64,000 nt of DNA from Eledone cirrhosa. Lineage: Eukaryota. The stretch lies in assembly GCA_964016885.1 (NCBI GenBank), contig OZ024743.1, positions 347,758,001 through 347,822,000 of the forward strand. The letters are read 5' to 3'. Position 1 is the first letter of the stretch; the number at the start of each line of letters is the position of its first letter. The translations under genes and the position numbers were made by a program. The notes under the pieces were generated by a model. The model was not told where the DNA came from and did not search any database. It saw nothing but the letters and a program-made list of their open reading frames with translations. Positions 14,790 to 29,929 of this stretch are shown here, piece after piece.

Positions 14790-15120
14790 GTGAACATAAT
14801 TTCAACGTTAATACTGAGGCTGAAATAAAGGCTCCGTGTTGATGATATTTAGCACGGGGTTATGACTGAAATACAGCCTCATATTATCGAAGCCAAACTC
14901 CTCACTGGATGGAGTAATAGGGGACATCTCATTTATACGTGGAATCCCGCTAATATCAGCAGACGTCTACTTTCGTTTAAAATGGGTGAAGTTCGCAGTG
15001 AGAGTCAGTTACACAATGAACATTAACAAGTCGCAAGGACAAACTCTGCAGGTTATTGGCCTACATCTAGAATAGTGTTGTTTCTCCTATGGTCAATTGC
15101 ATGTTGGTTATTCCAGACTG
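14790..15120 (+). mobile_element. Helitron PIF1-helicase remnant
   Basis: Translates FAVRVSYTMNINKSQGQTLQVIGLHLE*CCFSYGQLHVGYSR, matching the Helitron/PIF1 motif FAMTINKSQGQ..FSHGQLYVA.SR; contains stops. Confidence 0.75.
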
Positions 15121-15886
15121 TGTGAATAACTGTAAATTGGGGGTTACTGGGAACTAAACATTTTTCCATTTATTTCTTTATGACTTTCTGTATTTAGATA
15201 TTCTAAATATTTTCTTTTTAAATTATGTTATGCAATATTTATTTATGCCTTGCACATCTTTTGTGATAAGGAAAAAGGACTTTATGACAGATGGCAACAT
15301 ATGCATTATGAAACGATTTGAGCACAGTACACACCGGGGTGAAGGCCTGGAGGCCACGTGTTTATATATGAATCAGAGTAAAGAAGCAACCCACATAATA
15401 GAAAGTAACCTACTCGCAATAGGCATCAAACATACAATAATAACAACACCAAAACCTAGAGACTGATAACAAAAATAAAATGACGCATATAAATACACAT
15501 AAATGAGTACATACATTGAATGGAATTTAATAGTAACTGTCTAGTAACGGAGTAGAATGGACACGTAGACAAGTAAACAACACACAAGTGCACACTCATG
15601 CAATACTACATTCACAAAGTAAAAAGACAATACTGAGCAAATAAATTAGATCAAAATAAAGAAGAGACACCGACGTGCTAAAATAGACATTAAGAACGTG
15701 AATAAATATGAGAATTAAAATTCTAACAGAGGAATGGATTCATTTCATAGCAATAAATAAAACCTCTGTAAAAATCAGATAATGCTTGTGTTTTTGTTAG
15801 ACCATGATCCCCCAGCGTATAACAATATGTGTTACAACACACCATTCAACACCAAGATTCAACACCAACAGAACGATATAATAAAG

Positions 15887-16318
15887 CAGGATTCGGCAAA
15901 GTACGGCCGGCGGCCCAAGTGTGGCCCGCCAAGGAGTTGTGTGCGGCCCGTGGAGGCATTCGGCGAATAAAAAAAAAATTAAAATCAACAAATTTTCGTA
16001 TATAATACTTAAGCCGAGACTAGATCTAGTTACGGTTTTGCACGAGAGAGAGCAGAGAGACAGAGGTCAAGAGTGACCATTGAATTTTGTGATGTACAGA
16101 CACAAATTAATAGAAAACTTTGTTTTAAGATTTTTGTATTTAATCATTTTATTAATTTATGTATCATAATGATAAGGCTTCTATTATATATTTTCTAAAT
16201 TCTAACTGAAATAAAGTAAGGTTACTAGCAAATTATATCCAATAATAAATAGTGCGGCCCTCTGGTGTTCATGACCCAGTCAATGTGGCCCCATGATCCC
16301 AAACGTTTGCCACCCCTG
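15887..16318. mobile_element. hAT-type MITE (432 bp)
   Basis: Ends CAGGattcGGCAAA / TTTGCcaccCCTG, subterminal ggccc motifs, and an 8 bp TSD taataaag / caataaag (7 of 8 match). Confidence 0.78.
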
Positions 16319-16372
16319 CAATAAAGTATATATGTGGATTTATACATATATAATTATATATATATATATATA

Positions 16373-16567
16373 TAACGAAGGAAATGTGGTAAGGAACCAG
16401 GTGGACCATAACGCAACAAAGTACTCAATACTTAGGGTAGTAGAGTGGGTAATAGGAACAAATAAGACCCCGACGGCTGAGCTCAAGCCGTTTCCACGGC
16501 TAATTCTGTACAGAATTAGCCGTCGAAACGGCTTGAGCTCAGCCGTCGGGGTTTTATTTGTTCCTAT
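16373..16567 (-). mobile_element. Short palindromic PLE-terminus element, family A, in (TA)n
   Basis: Inverted repeat 16452-16567 centred on 16509/16510; contains the hammerhead 3' half GAAAcggcttgagctcagccGTC; tail 16373-16451. Confidence 0.72.
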
Positions 16568-17303
16568 ATATATATATATATATGTATATATGTGTGTGTG
16601 TATGCCTGTGTGGTGTGCGCGTGTGTGTGCGTGTGTGTGTGTTTGTATGTGTGTCCGTATTTACATATATATTTACACATATAAACGCGCAATACATAAG
16701 CACAGGCATATGTATATGTCTCATACATACAATTCTCACACTCACACACACATACACAAACTCGCTCTTTCTCTCTCTCAGTCTCTCTCTCTCCCTCTCT
16801 CTACCCCCCCCCCCCCTGTATATATATATATATACATATATATATATAATTATATATGCATGTATTCATATATATATATATATATGAATATATATGTGTG
16901 TGTGTGTCTGTTTGGATGTGTTTGCATAAATACTTACACACATACTCGCGCGCGCGCGTGTATATATATATATATATATACATTCAAATAGACGCGAAAG
17001 TACATATAAATTAATACCTATATTCTTATTTGCCGCTCAGATGTTATCTTATGTTTTTATTATTGCTTTTAAGTTGTTGTTTTTTTCAATTTCTATTTCA
17101 TTTGTTTATGTTTTTCTTGTTTAATACCTGTACACACGCATATTTAATCAGTCTTTCCTGTGTGAGCTCACAGGCGCCAAAAGCACAATAAGTTATGCGG
17201 CCTTTATTAAATGATGTCTATTGACATGACCTCATACCATCCCTCCTAAACCTTACAACCTTAAACATTAGCCCTCACTCCTCAGCATATATATATATAT
17301 ATA

Positions 17304-17354
<51 letters not shown>

Positions 17355-17359
17355 TACGT

Positions 17360-17400
<41 letters not shown>

Positions 17401-17528
17401 TATATATATAGTAAAAATGCACTCATACATAAAGATGCTCACAAGCATGCATACACTCACGCATATTATACACACATAGATATATGCAAATCAAATGTAC
17501 ATACGTGTTCCAGCGCACACAGATACGA

Positions 17529-17561
<33 letters not shown>

Positions 17562-18405
17562 AATACCTATATATATATACACACACATATATATATATAT
17601 ATTTATATACATATATATGAGTGTGTGTGTGTGTGTGCGTGTGTATGTGTGTGAGTGTGTGTGCGTAAAGAGAGAAGAAGTGAAAGAGAGAGATTTATAT
17701 ATATATATATGTACACATATATATAGAGATACACATATACGCCTCTTAGCTTTTCTCGTTTGCTTCCTTCTGATTCAACAAACTATTTCCTTAATTACTT
17801 ACCTTTTGTTGTTGTCATTTATGTTGCTTTGTAGATGATCCTGATTTATATGTTGCTGAAGTTGTTGCTACTGTTTAAATCTAGCCTCAAACCCTATATT
17901 TTATAATTAATTTTTCGATGTCTTTATCAACAAGAGGTGACACAATCTCATCAAAATATCTCTTCACATTCCATATATATATACATACATATGAACATGA
18001 AGGTATATGATTAAATATATTAACATACTTGCATGAAGTTAAACATATTTACACACATTCACATAATTACACTCACACTTACTATATAATATATATGTAC
18101 ACAACATCAAAATTATCTGAAATTTAATGAATCTAATGTTCACAATTTCTATGTTCAAATTTGCTTAATAAACCGAGTAAAGACATTTGCATAGCTACAT
18201 GGTTACAACGTCATACATACGTACATACATGCATACTAACAAACGTACATAAATGCATGCATACAAACATGAATACAAGCATATATAGAGACGCACATAT
18301 TTACATTTAAACATACATATATAAATACGTAAGTACATATATACAAAAGTACATAAATTACATTCATTCAATTATACATACATGTACATACAAGTGCACA
18401 CTCAC

Positions 18406-18440
<35 letters not shown>

Positions 18441-18754
18441 CGTGTGTGTATCTGTGTGTGTGTGCGTGTGTGCATATGTGTGTATCTGTGTGTGTCTGTG
18501 TGTGTGCATGTATTTGTGTGTATGTGTATGTGATATGCATGTGTGTGTTTATACTGATATATATCCGGTGTAACTAGCATTTAATTCTCCCTTTTCTCTC
18601 TCTCACCTTCTCTCTCTATCTCCCTCTTACATAATTCTATATTTACACACGCACAGGTACACACACATACACACACATATATACATACACACACACACAT
18701 GTATATATTTATATATGTATATATATATATATTTATATGCATATATATATATGC

Positions 18755-18787
<33 letters not shown>

Positions 18788-18791
18788 TATA

Positions 18792-18822
<31 letters not shown>

Positions 18823-21359
18823 TTACAGGTAGAGTGAAGATATAGTAACAATAAGAGAAATAAAGGGACATATATTTAATTATCCAAATCTATCTGTTTC
18901 AGATTATTTGATTACTGACCAGGCTGGGATATCACAAAGTTCATCTTAGAATCTTGTTTGTATTTGGCATATGGTTTTTGTTTTTATTATCATTTTGCTT
19001 TGATTTGATACCTTCAATGTTTTACCTCGTTTTTCTTTTTTCGTTTTTTTCTTCTCCTAGTGATGTTTTTAATATATTCCCCGCTTGTAATTCGATAATG
19101 TCCTTCATTTATTTAAAGATCTATGTATGAATTAATTAATTGCCGCAATCTTCTGAGTTTGTATGTTACTCTGCTGACAAATGGTTAATCAAATATATTA
19201 CAGAAATATAATAACATATACTATAATCAATATCACCATGGTGTTGCATTAACGCTAATGAACCGGTATAAAAATTGTGTAGTATTTGCCTACGTTACTT
19301 CCAATGTGTGAGTTCAACTCCCGTCGGGTTTTACTTTATCTTATATTTTCGCTGCGTTAATAAAATAAACCTGTGAACGCTTAGCTGTAAAATCTAATAG
19401 TCACTTACAACGTTTGAACTCCGGTTTCAAATCTGCTTGATGGCTTCTACCAGTTTTTATACTCTTTTAAATCTAAAAAAACATAGTAAAAATATTCATG
19501 TATATACTTACTTAGATATGCGATCCTGTGATAACATTGCAAGTTATATATAGATATTTTCTGTAGCTGGAGGTCCTGGAGATGCTGGATTGGTAGAATT
19601 GGTAAACCCTTGGAGAAATACCATGGCGGTATTTTTACGGAATGTATCCTTTACAAACGAAAATCTGGCTGATTTCGATTTTACCTTTCATCGTTCTGGA
19701 GTCGAAACAATATAGTCTCATTTAAGTACGTGTGTTGATTTATTCAAATCTTCCATTTTCTCAAAACCTGTCTTCATTGTAGCTAAATTGTACCATATTT
19801 GTTCCATCTGTGAGTTTGTGAACAAAATGTTGCTAGCTGTTAAATAATAAATATCTATTCTAGAATATAGAGTATATTACAAGATTTCCAGTAAATATAG
19901 GAAGGTATAATTACATCTTTGACAATAAAAGTCTCCGCTTTGAAAAGGAAAGTTTTCAATTATACCTCCATAGAAAGATACATTGATGCATAGGAAAATA
20001 CATTGATGCATTTCAGAGATTACGTTTCCTTTACAATTCATCACAAAATAAACGCCACTATGATTCTGCTCCCTGTCAAGCAGGATTTAGATTATATCTT
20101 TAATAGCCAGTCCAGGTTGCATATATTACCTAAGCGACGTAATTAATTAAATTATATATATATATATTCATGCTAGTACAAATCCTATTAGAAGATGCAA
20201 GTTAAATTTAATATAGGTATAACAACATTTTATGAATTAGAATCTTTCGACAGGAAAAGAAAGAACTGTAAACATTTTCAACTATTTCTGCGTCTCTTAT
20301 AGGGGGTAAGGCTTAAGTCGATCACTTCCAATTTTACAGATGTCCTCAAAATGTCATATACAACAGTGGAAACTATTTATCTCAAACTGATAATAGTAAT
20401 TCCTAATTGAAACATGAGACCAGGAATTCAAGGGAGCGAAAAATGTATTAAATGAAACCATGTATTTTACTGATACTTTATGATATTGACCACGGAAAGA
20501 TGAAAGGCAAGTTGACCTCGATGGGATTTGAACTTAGAATTTGAAGAGACAAATACCACAATGGTATTTTATCCCTTGTTGTACCAAATCTGCCAATCCA
20601 CAATCCTATAGAAACTGATAATATTAGGTCGTAGCCACAAATGTTTAAAAACGACAATTACAATTGCATGAAAATTGCTATGAACTACTGAAAATCATTA
20701 CTAATCATATCGGTTCTATAAGGGACAGCAATATGTTTTCAGTGAAATATTCAATTCAGACAAAAAATTGGTGAGTTTGTGGATTCATTAGAACTTCAAA
20801 TGAAATGCTTCGTGTTATATGTTCCAGAATTCACAGCCGTTGGCGTCTCAAAATATAATATCGGTCCAGTTCGGATATCGATTTTCCTCATCCCTTCTCT
20901 CTCTTTCTCTACCCCTCTCTCTCGCTGTCTCTCTCTCTCATTCTCGCTCAGTCTCTCCCTTTCTTTCTCTCTCCTTCTCTCTCTAACGAAACATATCTAT
21001 TATCTACCTTTGAAATCCGCTGTGTACAAACATAAAGAGAGATGGGCTCCGCTATTTTAAATAACTAATATATCACAATGACGCTCCTAATTATGTGAAT
21101 GAAGAAGCCATACCCTGGCCAGGTCGAAAGTTAATAGTCGAATTATTGACAAGTATTTTATCGGTGGTAGAAAGGTAAAATTGACCTCGGTAGTACGTAA
21201 TATTCTGACACAAATACCAACGTGCTAACGCTTTTGCTATTCCACCAAATTTGTTTTCATGAAAATAATGAGTCCATATAGCACTTCATAATGACCTTCT
21301 AAATTGGGTGATATAAAGTCCATATATGGCAGGATTAATCTGTGGAAAAGATGAAAGAA

Positions 21360-22090
21360 AGTATTCTTCTTTCTTCATCGGCCGAGTTTACACTCGCAAA
21401 GATGCAGCACGCTTTCTCCAATCGTCCCGGTCGAACATGACGTTTCTCAGTTCGTTGATGTTATCAAAGTGGGCATCTCTCAGCAGGGTATCAATGAATG
21501 AGACGGCTTGTCTTCCCACGCTTCTTCGTCCGACCGCCGGTTTTCAGAGCACAAATTGAGATGCTGTCTCTTCTGGATTACGGATGCAGTGCCTAGCCAG
21601 TTTCATTCGTCGGTAGGCAACTCTTTTTGAAACTGGTGGTAGTGACCTGTATAGTTCTTTATTTGTCAGCTTCTGGTTTCAAGAAATGTTGAGAGCCATT
21701 CTCAGCATCCTCGGGTAACATCCGTCAAGTCTCTTACATAGGACTTTGTCAATAGTCCACGTTTCACTGCCGTAAAGCAGGACGGATTCAACAGTTGCTA
21801 GGAAGGGCGCTCCTTCATTGTGCGATTTAGGTCGGACTTCCACACATTCAGTAGCTTGTGGCATGCCGACCGTGCTAGTGCTTTTCTAACTTCAAAGTCC
21901 TTGCGTGAGTTGTGCATCCATGCACCCCTCCTATTTGCAATTGTCCTCGATTATGCAATGAGACAGGCCACTCATGGGAAAGGAGAAGAGTTGGGTTTCA
22001 AATTGGGTCGAAGGAGAAGCTGTCGTCACCATCCAAAAGTTGTCACTGACACGGACTTCACCGATGACATTGCCTTGATCACAGAGGAAT
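21360..22090 (-). mobile_element. RTE-clade LINE fragment with 5' inversion
   Basis: Minus strand: ATVESVLLYGSETWT..RLDGCYPRMLRMALNIS. Plus strand 21920-22090: APLLFAIVLDYAMR..VTDTDFTDDIAL (RT motifs). Confidence 0.82.
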
Positions 22091-23257
22091 TCAGCCAAAA
22101 AAGTATTGATTGCATTTATTTGATACATAATATATACATTCTTGACATTGTTTATGATTACATATAGTGATGAGATTCTGAAGTTTTAGAAATAAGTTTC
22201 TCAAATGATTTTCGAAAATATTTCGGCACTGAATAAAAATGTTTAACTTTTTCAATGTTCACTCAGTTATAATATATGTGTGCACAATACACCCTAACAA
22301 CAGTACTAGAAATAAATCCATAATGATTCAGATTCAGTTCACTCTAACTCTTGGTGTAGGAAAGACCGTATAGCTAAGAAATTATTTTTGTAGTAACATA
22401 GTCAAAAGAGATATTCTTCCAAGCTGTACTTTTACCAAGTCCATTTCAGCATAGACTCGAGTCGAAATACCCTTTGTAATTAATGGTTAGACGGAAATTC
22501 TATGACGAATGACTTTTTTTTTTGTTTTTGGTTAGTAAATTAAAATTTCGTGACGAATTAGAAGTTTTAGAGCCTTGGAATTTAGTCTTGTGCAATTTAT
22601 TTCAGTTTATTGCAATTTGAGTTCAAATCCGGCCTGGATCAATTTTGCATTCCACCTATCCTGCATCAATAAATAAACTAACAGGTATGGTTGGAAGTTG
22701 GCGGAATTTGCGCGGTCGCCAATTGAGTTGCTCTCAGTGTTTATTCCAGCTCTTTGCGTTCAGGCGTCAAATCCTATTGCGGTCTACACGGGTAGATGAA
22801 TTAATCCGTCGCCTTATTTTAAACCACGGCCTGGTATGTGTGTCCCTTTAGTCGATGGCACACGATTAGAATAAGGAATTCGATTCAATTTGAAATTTTA
22901 AATTGAAACGAGTGCGACTATTTCCATTTTAACTAGAGAATAAAACAATATTGTCATGGTTAACATGACCTTTGGGTGCTTTTTTAGGAATCCACTCGGT
23001 TTCAGTCATTCAGATCACATCACTTGTCCGATCATAACACAATAATTTGGTGTACTGATTCCTATTGCGATGAAAAATTCCATCCTTTTTTACCCCCCAA
23101 TTTTGTCCTACTAGAGTATTTGAGCTCAGTCACTTATCCCAAAATCCAAATGTAGTACCAAACAAAGCATTATACGGCATTTTGGGAACATTTTAAACCT
23201 GGCAGTATCCATGTGTCATCAGAATTGCGGAATTGTACACAAGCAATTACTTCTAGG

Positions 23258-23357
<100 letters not shown>

Positions 23358-24174
23358 TTATCACATCAAAACAGAAACATACCCCATCTAGTTCAAGAAG
23401 TCTTTGGACAAATTCCCAAGAAATCCCGAATAAGCCTCGTACACCCGGATATGCCTCCGTAAACAATAACTCTCTGTATCATGTATGTGTGAGTGTAGCC
23501 ACGATGATACACTAGTGATGATTCAAGGCACATTTCATATTGAAGGGCACATATTCAAATTATTTTTAAAACGCTGTTAGTTCGAATTGGTGAATATCAT
23601 CATGCAAACTTCAGATGTTTTTACAAGTCTAATCATTCGGATTACGTTATGATAGATTTTGATGCTGCTACAAAAATGTGAATTATGATTTCTTCCTCCT
23701 TTTGTCCTACAACAGCTTCAGATATCTTCACGCAGGGCCCACTACCTTCAACCGAACTCATAGCATCTAATTGAGTCATAAGGGCACGGTAACTTCTGAG
23801 AATCTGTGGGGATTTCCGAGGTTATTGGCGCCTGGATCACATCACTACTCTCTGCTATCGGGCAGAGTTGGCTACCCGCAAGAGTGAGCCTCGCAAGTTG
23901 TTTGTTCCAGTGTGTCTAACTCGCCATCCTATACGGCTAGGTTTTTTTTCCATTATATCCGCTGGGATCATGAAGCTGACAAGACCTTAAACCGTGAGTA
24001 GCATTATGCATTAGATGTTTGTTTTTGTCGTCAACCTATATTTATTCTTTAGCAGACATCATTTAAAACAAATATTATATTAACTCTTTATATTAATCTT
24101 TAATACAGTGCATGTTTAGTCTGTTAGTCATACAAACCTATAACATAAGTATTTATTCGGAGAGTCACAACCAT

Positions 24175-24815
<641 letters not shown>

Positions 24816-25097
24816 ATGAACATACATGGACGTTGTGGTAGGGATGTATGCGTGTAATAAAGAAAGACTAATGTGTATAAATAACTATGGTGCCAGAAAC
24901 TTATTAATATACAGGAACTTTGAACAAACTATATAATATGAACAAACATGAAAGGTGTGGTTAACTGAAGCACAAAGCAAATAATTTAGAATCTATAATT
25001 CGCCTGTCGACATGATGAAAATTATAACATAATTTCAAGCAATGTTGTATGTAATGTAAACATATATGTCACGTATCTTAAAAAGGTTTTTTATTTG

Positions 25098-25187
<90 letters not shown>

Positions 25188-25597
25188 AGAGAGAGAGGGG
25201 GAGAGAGAGAGAGCGGCGGGGGGGGGGATAAATGAACTCATATACATAAGGAAACACCCAGTCGTATCATACGTATATATATATATGCATATATATATAT
25301 ATACACACACACACATACACACGCACACACTCACACACACACATATATATACAAGTAAAATGTTGGTTACGATAGCCAAGCTATAGAGAAACTCAAGTCC
25401 GCAGGGCGAGTTTAAATATAATTATTAATGCCAGTTACCACAATGGTGACATGCGTTTCCTTAGTCCTGAGTACCAACTTTTTCAACATGTGTCGTCAAC
25501 AACTATTCCTGTTCATTTTCCTCAGCACTGGTTCAAAGTTGGTAGTAAGGACTAACAAAAAGCGCGTACCTCCTATCGCTCTTAACAGGCCTTACTA

Positions 25598-25648
<51 letters not shown>

Positions 25649-25653
25649 CTTGT

Positions 25654-26315
25654 GAAGAATGAATACTGCGTGGTTGCACATGGGTTACATATGATAAAAA
25701 TATTCCTTCATCAGTAATTTTCCAACCTTCATTGGTATTTCATCGCTTTAAAAATCATATACCTCCAGTTGGTGCGAGCAATAGCTAAATAAAGATATTG
25801 GGACAAGTAAATCGCGTAAAGCGAGCGAGACAAGTAAACAAATATAGTAGGATAGCAACGCAAAGATAGGATAAAACAAGCACATGGGAGTCCGATCAGC
25901 TTAAGCTGTGTGGATTTCATGAGCGAGCGGTGTGAGCAGAAAGGACTCACTTCAGGCCAAACGGGAGGAAGTGAGAAGGGGAGAAGCAGAGAGTGAGTGA
26001 GTGGAAGTGCGAGGAAGAGGCCAGTCGAGAGAAAGTGTAACTAACAGAGGGGGCGAAAGAAGGTGAGAGAAACAGAGAGAGGGGGAAACAGTAAGAGAGA
26101 AAGAGATAAACGCCGCTGGGGAAAATATATATAAAAAACATGAGAAGAATGAATACTGCGTGTTTGCACATGGGTTACATATGATAAAAATAGTCCTTCA
26201 TCAGTGATTTTCCAACCTTAATTGGTATTTCATCGCTTTAAAAATCATATACCTCCAGTTGGTGCGAGCAATAGCTAAATAAAGCTATTGGAAACAAGTA
26301 AATCGCGTAAAGCGA
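25654..26315. repeat. Unclassified element with ~171 bp terminal direct repeats, in (TA)n
   Basis: 25654-25824 and 26144-26315 are close copies around a purine-rich spacer. Confidence 0.8.
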
Positions 26316-26330
26316 ATATATATATATATA

Positions 26331-26516
26331 GTAAAAGGTTTTACCCCGACGGCAGAGCTGAAGCCATTTCGACGGGTATTCCTCGACTAAATTATAATGT
26401 TTAGTGTAAGCTCTGCCGCCGGGATCAAACATTTTCCTATTACCCATTCTACTACCCTAAGTATTGAGTACTCTGGTGCGTTATGGTCCATCTGGTTCCT
26501 TACCACACTTCCTTCG

Positions 26517-26519
<3 letters not shown>
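26331..26519 (+). mobile_element. Diverged family A PLE-terminus element in (TA)n
   Basis: Same tail as 1128-1205; partial inversion cggcagagct / agctctgccg. Confidence 0.65.
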
Positions 26520-26579
<60 letters not shown>

Positions 26580-27097
26580 TTCAAAATATTAACATAATAG
26601 AACTTCTTGTGATCAAGTATATTTTACTATACATATTTCAGAGGTACTGAGTTAACTTCAACAGTACGTCCTCATGAGATAAAATAAGATGATGCATGAC
26701 ATATCCTGACATATTAGATGGTTATGATTCAGTCATGGTAGTGAGTAATAGATGACAAAACTCAATATGTATATACCTTAATATTGAGAACATGAGAAAA
26801 GTATGTAATACATACAATAGAGAGGGTGCGTGTGTGACAGCTTAAAAAATACTTGGCATCAATATAACTGTTATAAAAATTTAAATTACTGAAGAAAGAA
26901 GAAAGAAATGTAAGCATAGAGGTAGAAACAACTCATGGGATAATATAGTTAGTAGGGGCCTCGAAAAACAAAAGAGAGTTGATTACAGAGAGAGACTGTT
27001 GAGTGCTTCCAATCTATTGTTAAACTCATTCTTTGATTTATTCATTGAACCTTGTTTAACCTTTAAATATATATTAAATATATATGTGTATGTATAT

Positions 27098-27186
<89 letters not shown>

Positions 27187-27189
<3 letters not shown>

Positions 27190-27414
27190 ATAATAATAAA
27201 TTTGAAGACTAAAATCCAAAGAGGGCTCGATAAGGATAAATATATATCAAATATATATCACATATATAAGAACCGTAGAGCAAATATTTATTAAAATAAC
27301 AGATTAATGTTTAAGCAAAGAATCGCTGCTTTCACCCTTAACGGGATCTTGAAGATCCCGTTAAGGGTGAAAGCAGCGATTCTTTGCTTAAACTTTAATC
27401 TGTTATTTTAATAA

Positions 27415-27417
<3 letters not shown>
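27187..27417 (-). mobile_element. Palindromic mini-copy of the terminus of the PLE at 53829-58607
   Basis: 66 bp arms, 27285-27417, centred on 27351; left tail matches 53829-53915; (TA)n flanks. Confidence 0.88.
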
Positions 27418-27483
<66 letters not shown>

Positions 27484-27500
27484 TATATATATAAATTTAT

Positions 27501-27582
<82 letters not shown>

Positions 27583-27585
<3 letters not shown>

Positions 27586-29394
27586 AAGTTTTATTTAAAT
27601 TGTTGGGTTACAACGAGTAAATATTTATAACTGATATAAAAGCACTCAACTATTTGGAGTATATTTACGATATTAAATAAATGGAAACTATATTTATAAA
27701 ACCATATTTATTTCATTATATATATTTCAGGGATATCATATGGTATGCCTTCATCAGACAAAATACAATATAAACAGTCTTATAAATAGATAGATTTGAC
27801 ATACCTTACAACTTCAACTTCCATTTAAAAAGTTGATTTGGTAGTGAAAAATGTTAGGGACAGTTATAAAAAGAAAGAAAGAAAGAAATCGAAGAAAAAG
27901 AAGAAATGCATGCAACGAAAAACAGAGAGAGATAGATATAGAGAGATAGATAGAGAGAAGAAATTCATGTAAAGAAAAAACAGAGAGAGAGAGAAAAAAA
28001 CACAGAGGGAGATAGATAGAAAGAGAGAGAGAAGAGAGAGAGAGAAAAAATAGAGAGAGATAGATATAGATAGAGAAAGAAAATAGGTAGTTGGGCACCA
28101 GTTGAATGACGTATCAATGATATATTTATTTATTTATTTAGTTCTAGTATTAAGGTAGAGAGAGATATATGTGGTTAGGAGAGAAAACAGCCGTTACATA
28201 GAGAGAAAAGAAAAATATCCAGAGATAAACGAGGCAGATTTAAAACATTATGTTTCATCAATCTAAAAATATCAATTCGTATGAATTAGGTATTATAATG
28301 TAAATATCAGTATTCATGAATGAGACACGTATCAATAATGTGTGAAAAATAATGATCATATGTCTAGTTTAAAATTCCTAGGTTTATAATCAGAACTGAG
28401 ACAAAAAAAAAACTGAGATAAAAAAACTGAGATAAAAAACTTAAAAAAAAAAAATTTAAATACATAAGTATATATGCACTTTCATGAAAAAAGAAAAAGA
28501 AAATAGAAGGTTATCCCAGATTCGATACTATAGACATCCATGTGAATTTACGTGATCAACTCTGCAAATTCCTATTTCACATGAAAACATTCTCATTGTG
28601 CTATAAAAATTCTAGTATACATATATGTGTACATACACACATATATAGAATCTACATTAATTGTAACAATACTATTCTTGTCTTTACTCTACATGATTAT
28701 CGTCCAAGCATAAATAGACAACAGATATCCATATATCAATAAAAATATTAAAAAATTAAAAAATATTAAAAATAAAACACAGTATGCCCCGCAAATTAAC
28801 CACAGAAATCAACCCTTCAAAATTAATTGACAATATATTGCCAAGTTCATTATAAGCATCAGAATCAAAAGCAAACAAAACCAAAATTATTTACCAAATC
28901 CTGTCTAGCAGAAATCATTCCAAAAGTTTAGGATACCCATTTGATCTACAGATGGTCTTATATTTATTATAGAAGTTTATCTAGTGTAAAATGTATTCGA
29001 TATATGTGGAGCATCAGCTTTTAGGGTAGTTTAATTATTCATGAAGAATGTTTAAAAAAAAGAAATCGAAAGATTTATCGGCGAGTTTCATAAATAATTA
29101 CAAATCATAAGTAAATATACTACATTTTAAATTTATATTTATATTTAAAAGTTGAGTTCAATCTATGTCTGCAGCAACTGAATAAATTTGTCCGTAAATT
29201 AACGGAATTTTTAGATTTTAGTATAAAGAATATCTCCTCCGCGCAGAGGTCACATGTCTCAGAAGATGAATTAAAAGGAATCCCTCTTGAGACTATATTC
29301 CAAGCCGTCGAATATCCAACGTTATCATGCTTAAGTTGCCAGAGTAAGCCTGATAGTGATGTTGAAGATTTTTTGCTTGGATCTGTGAAATATC

Positions 29395-29396
<2 letters not shown>
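27583..29396 (-). mobile_element. 5'-truncated PLE (family B): GIY-YIG C-terminus, long 3' region and hammerhead
   Basis: About 29125-29395 translates STSLSGLLWQLKHD..WNIVSRGIPFNSSSETCDLCAEEIFFIL..NLRTNLFSCCRH, homologous to ORF 54983-55834; (TA)n at both ends. Confidence 0.75.
27710..27764 (-). ncRNA. Type I hammerhead motif, family B
   Basis: attttgt-CTGATGA-agg..cct-GAAA-tatata-TA-atgaaat on the minus strand. Confidence 0.65.
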
Positions 29397-29478
<82 letters not shown>

Positions 29479-29789
29479 ATATATATATATATATTTATTT
29501 ATTTATATATATAAACAAATAGTAGAAAGGAAAAGGATTCTTTCAGTAGAAAATGTTGAAGCGATTTTTTCTGTGAGATATCAAAACATAAATTTTATTA
29601 TTACACTGGTTTCAGCATAAATTGCATTGTTAATTGCGGATATGCAGAATATTGTTAACTTGTATATTTGTACAAATAGTGATAATAATAATGATGAAGA
29701 AAATGAAACTAAAAAGAGGAACAAAAATTAATTTTCACATGCAATATATGTAGCAGGGTAGGATGGACATAGGAATAAACTCTCTTCTC

Positions 29790-29911
<122 letters not shown>

Positions 29912-29929
29912 TACATATATGATTGATGG

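Noticed and set aside
25700-25750. Type II hammerhead on the minus strand of the direct repeats
   Set aside because: GAAA and CTGATGA are present, but no NUH site or helix I/II pairing could be formed.
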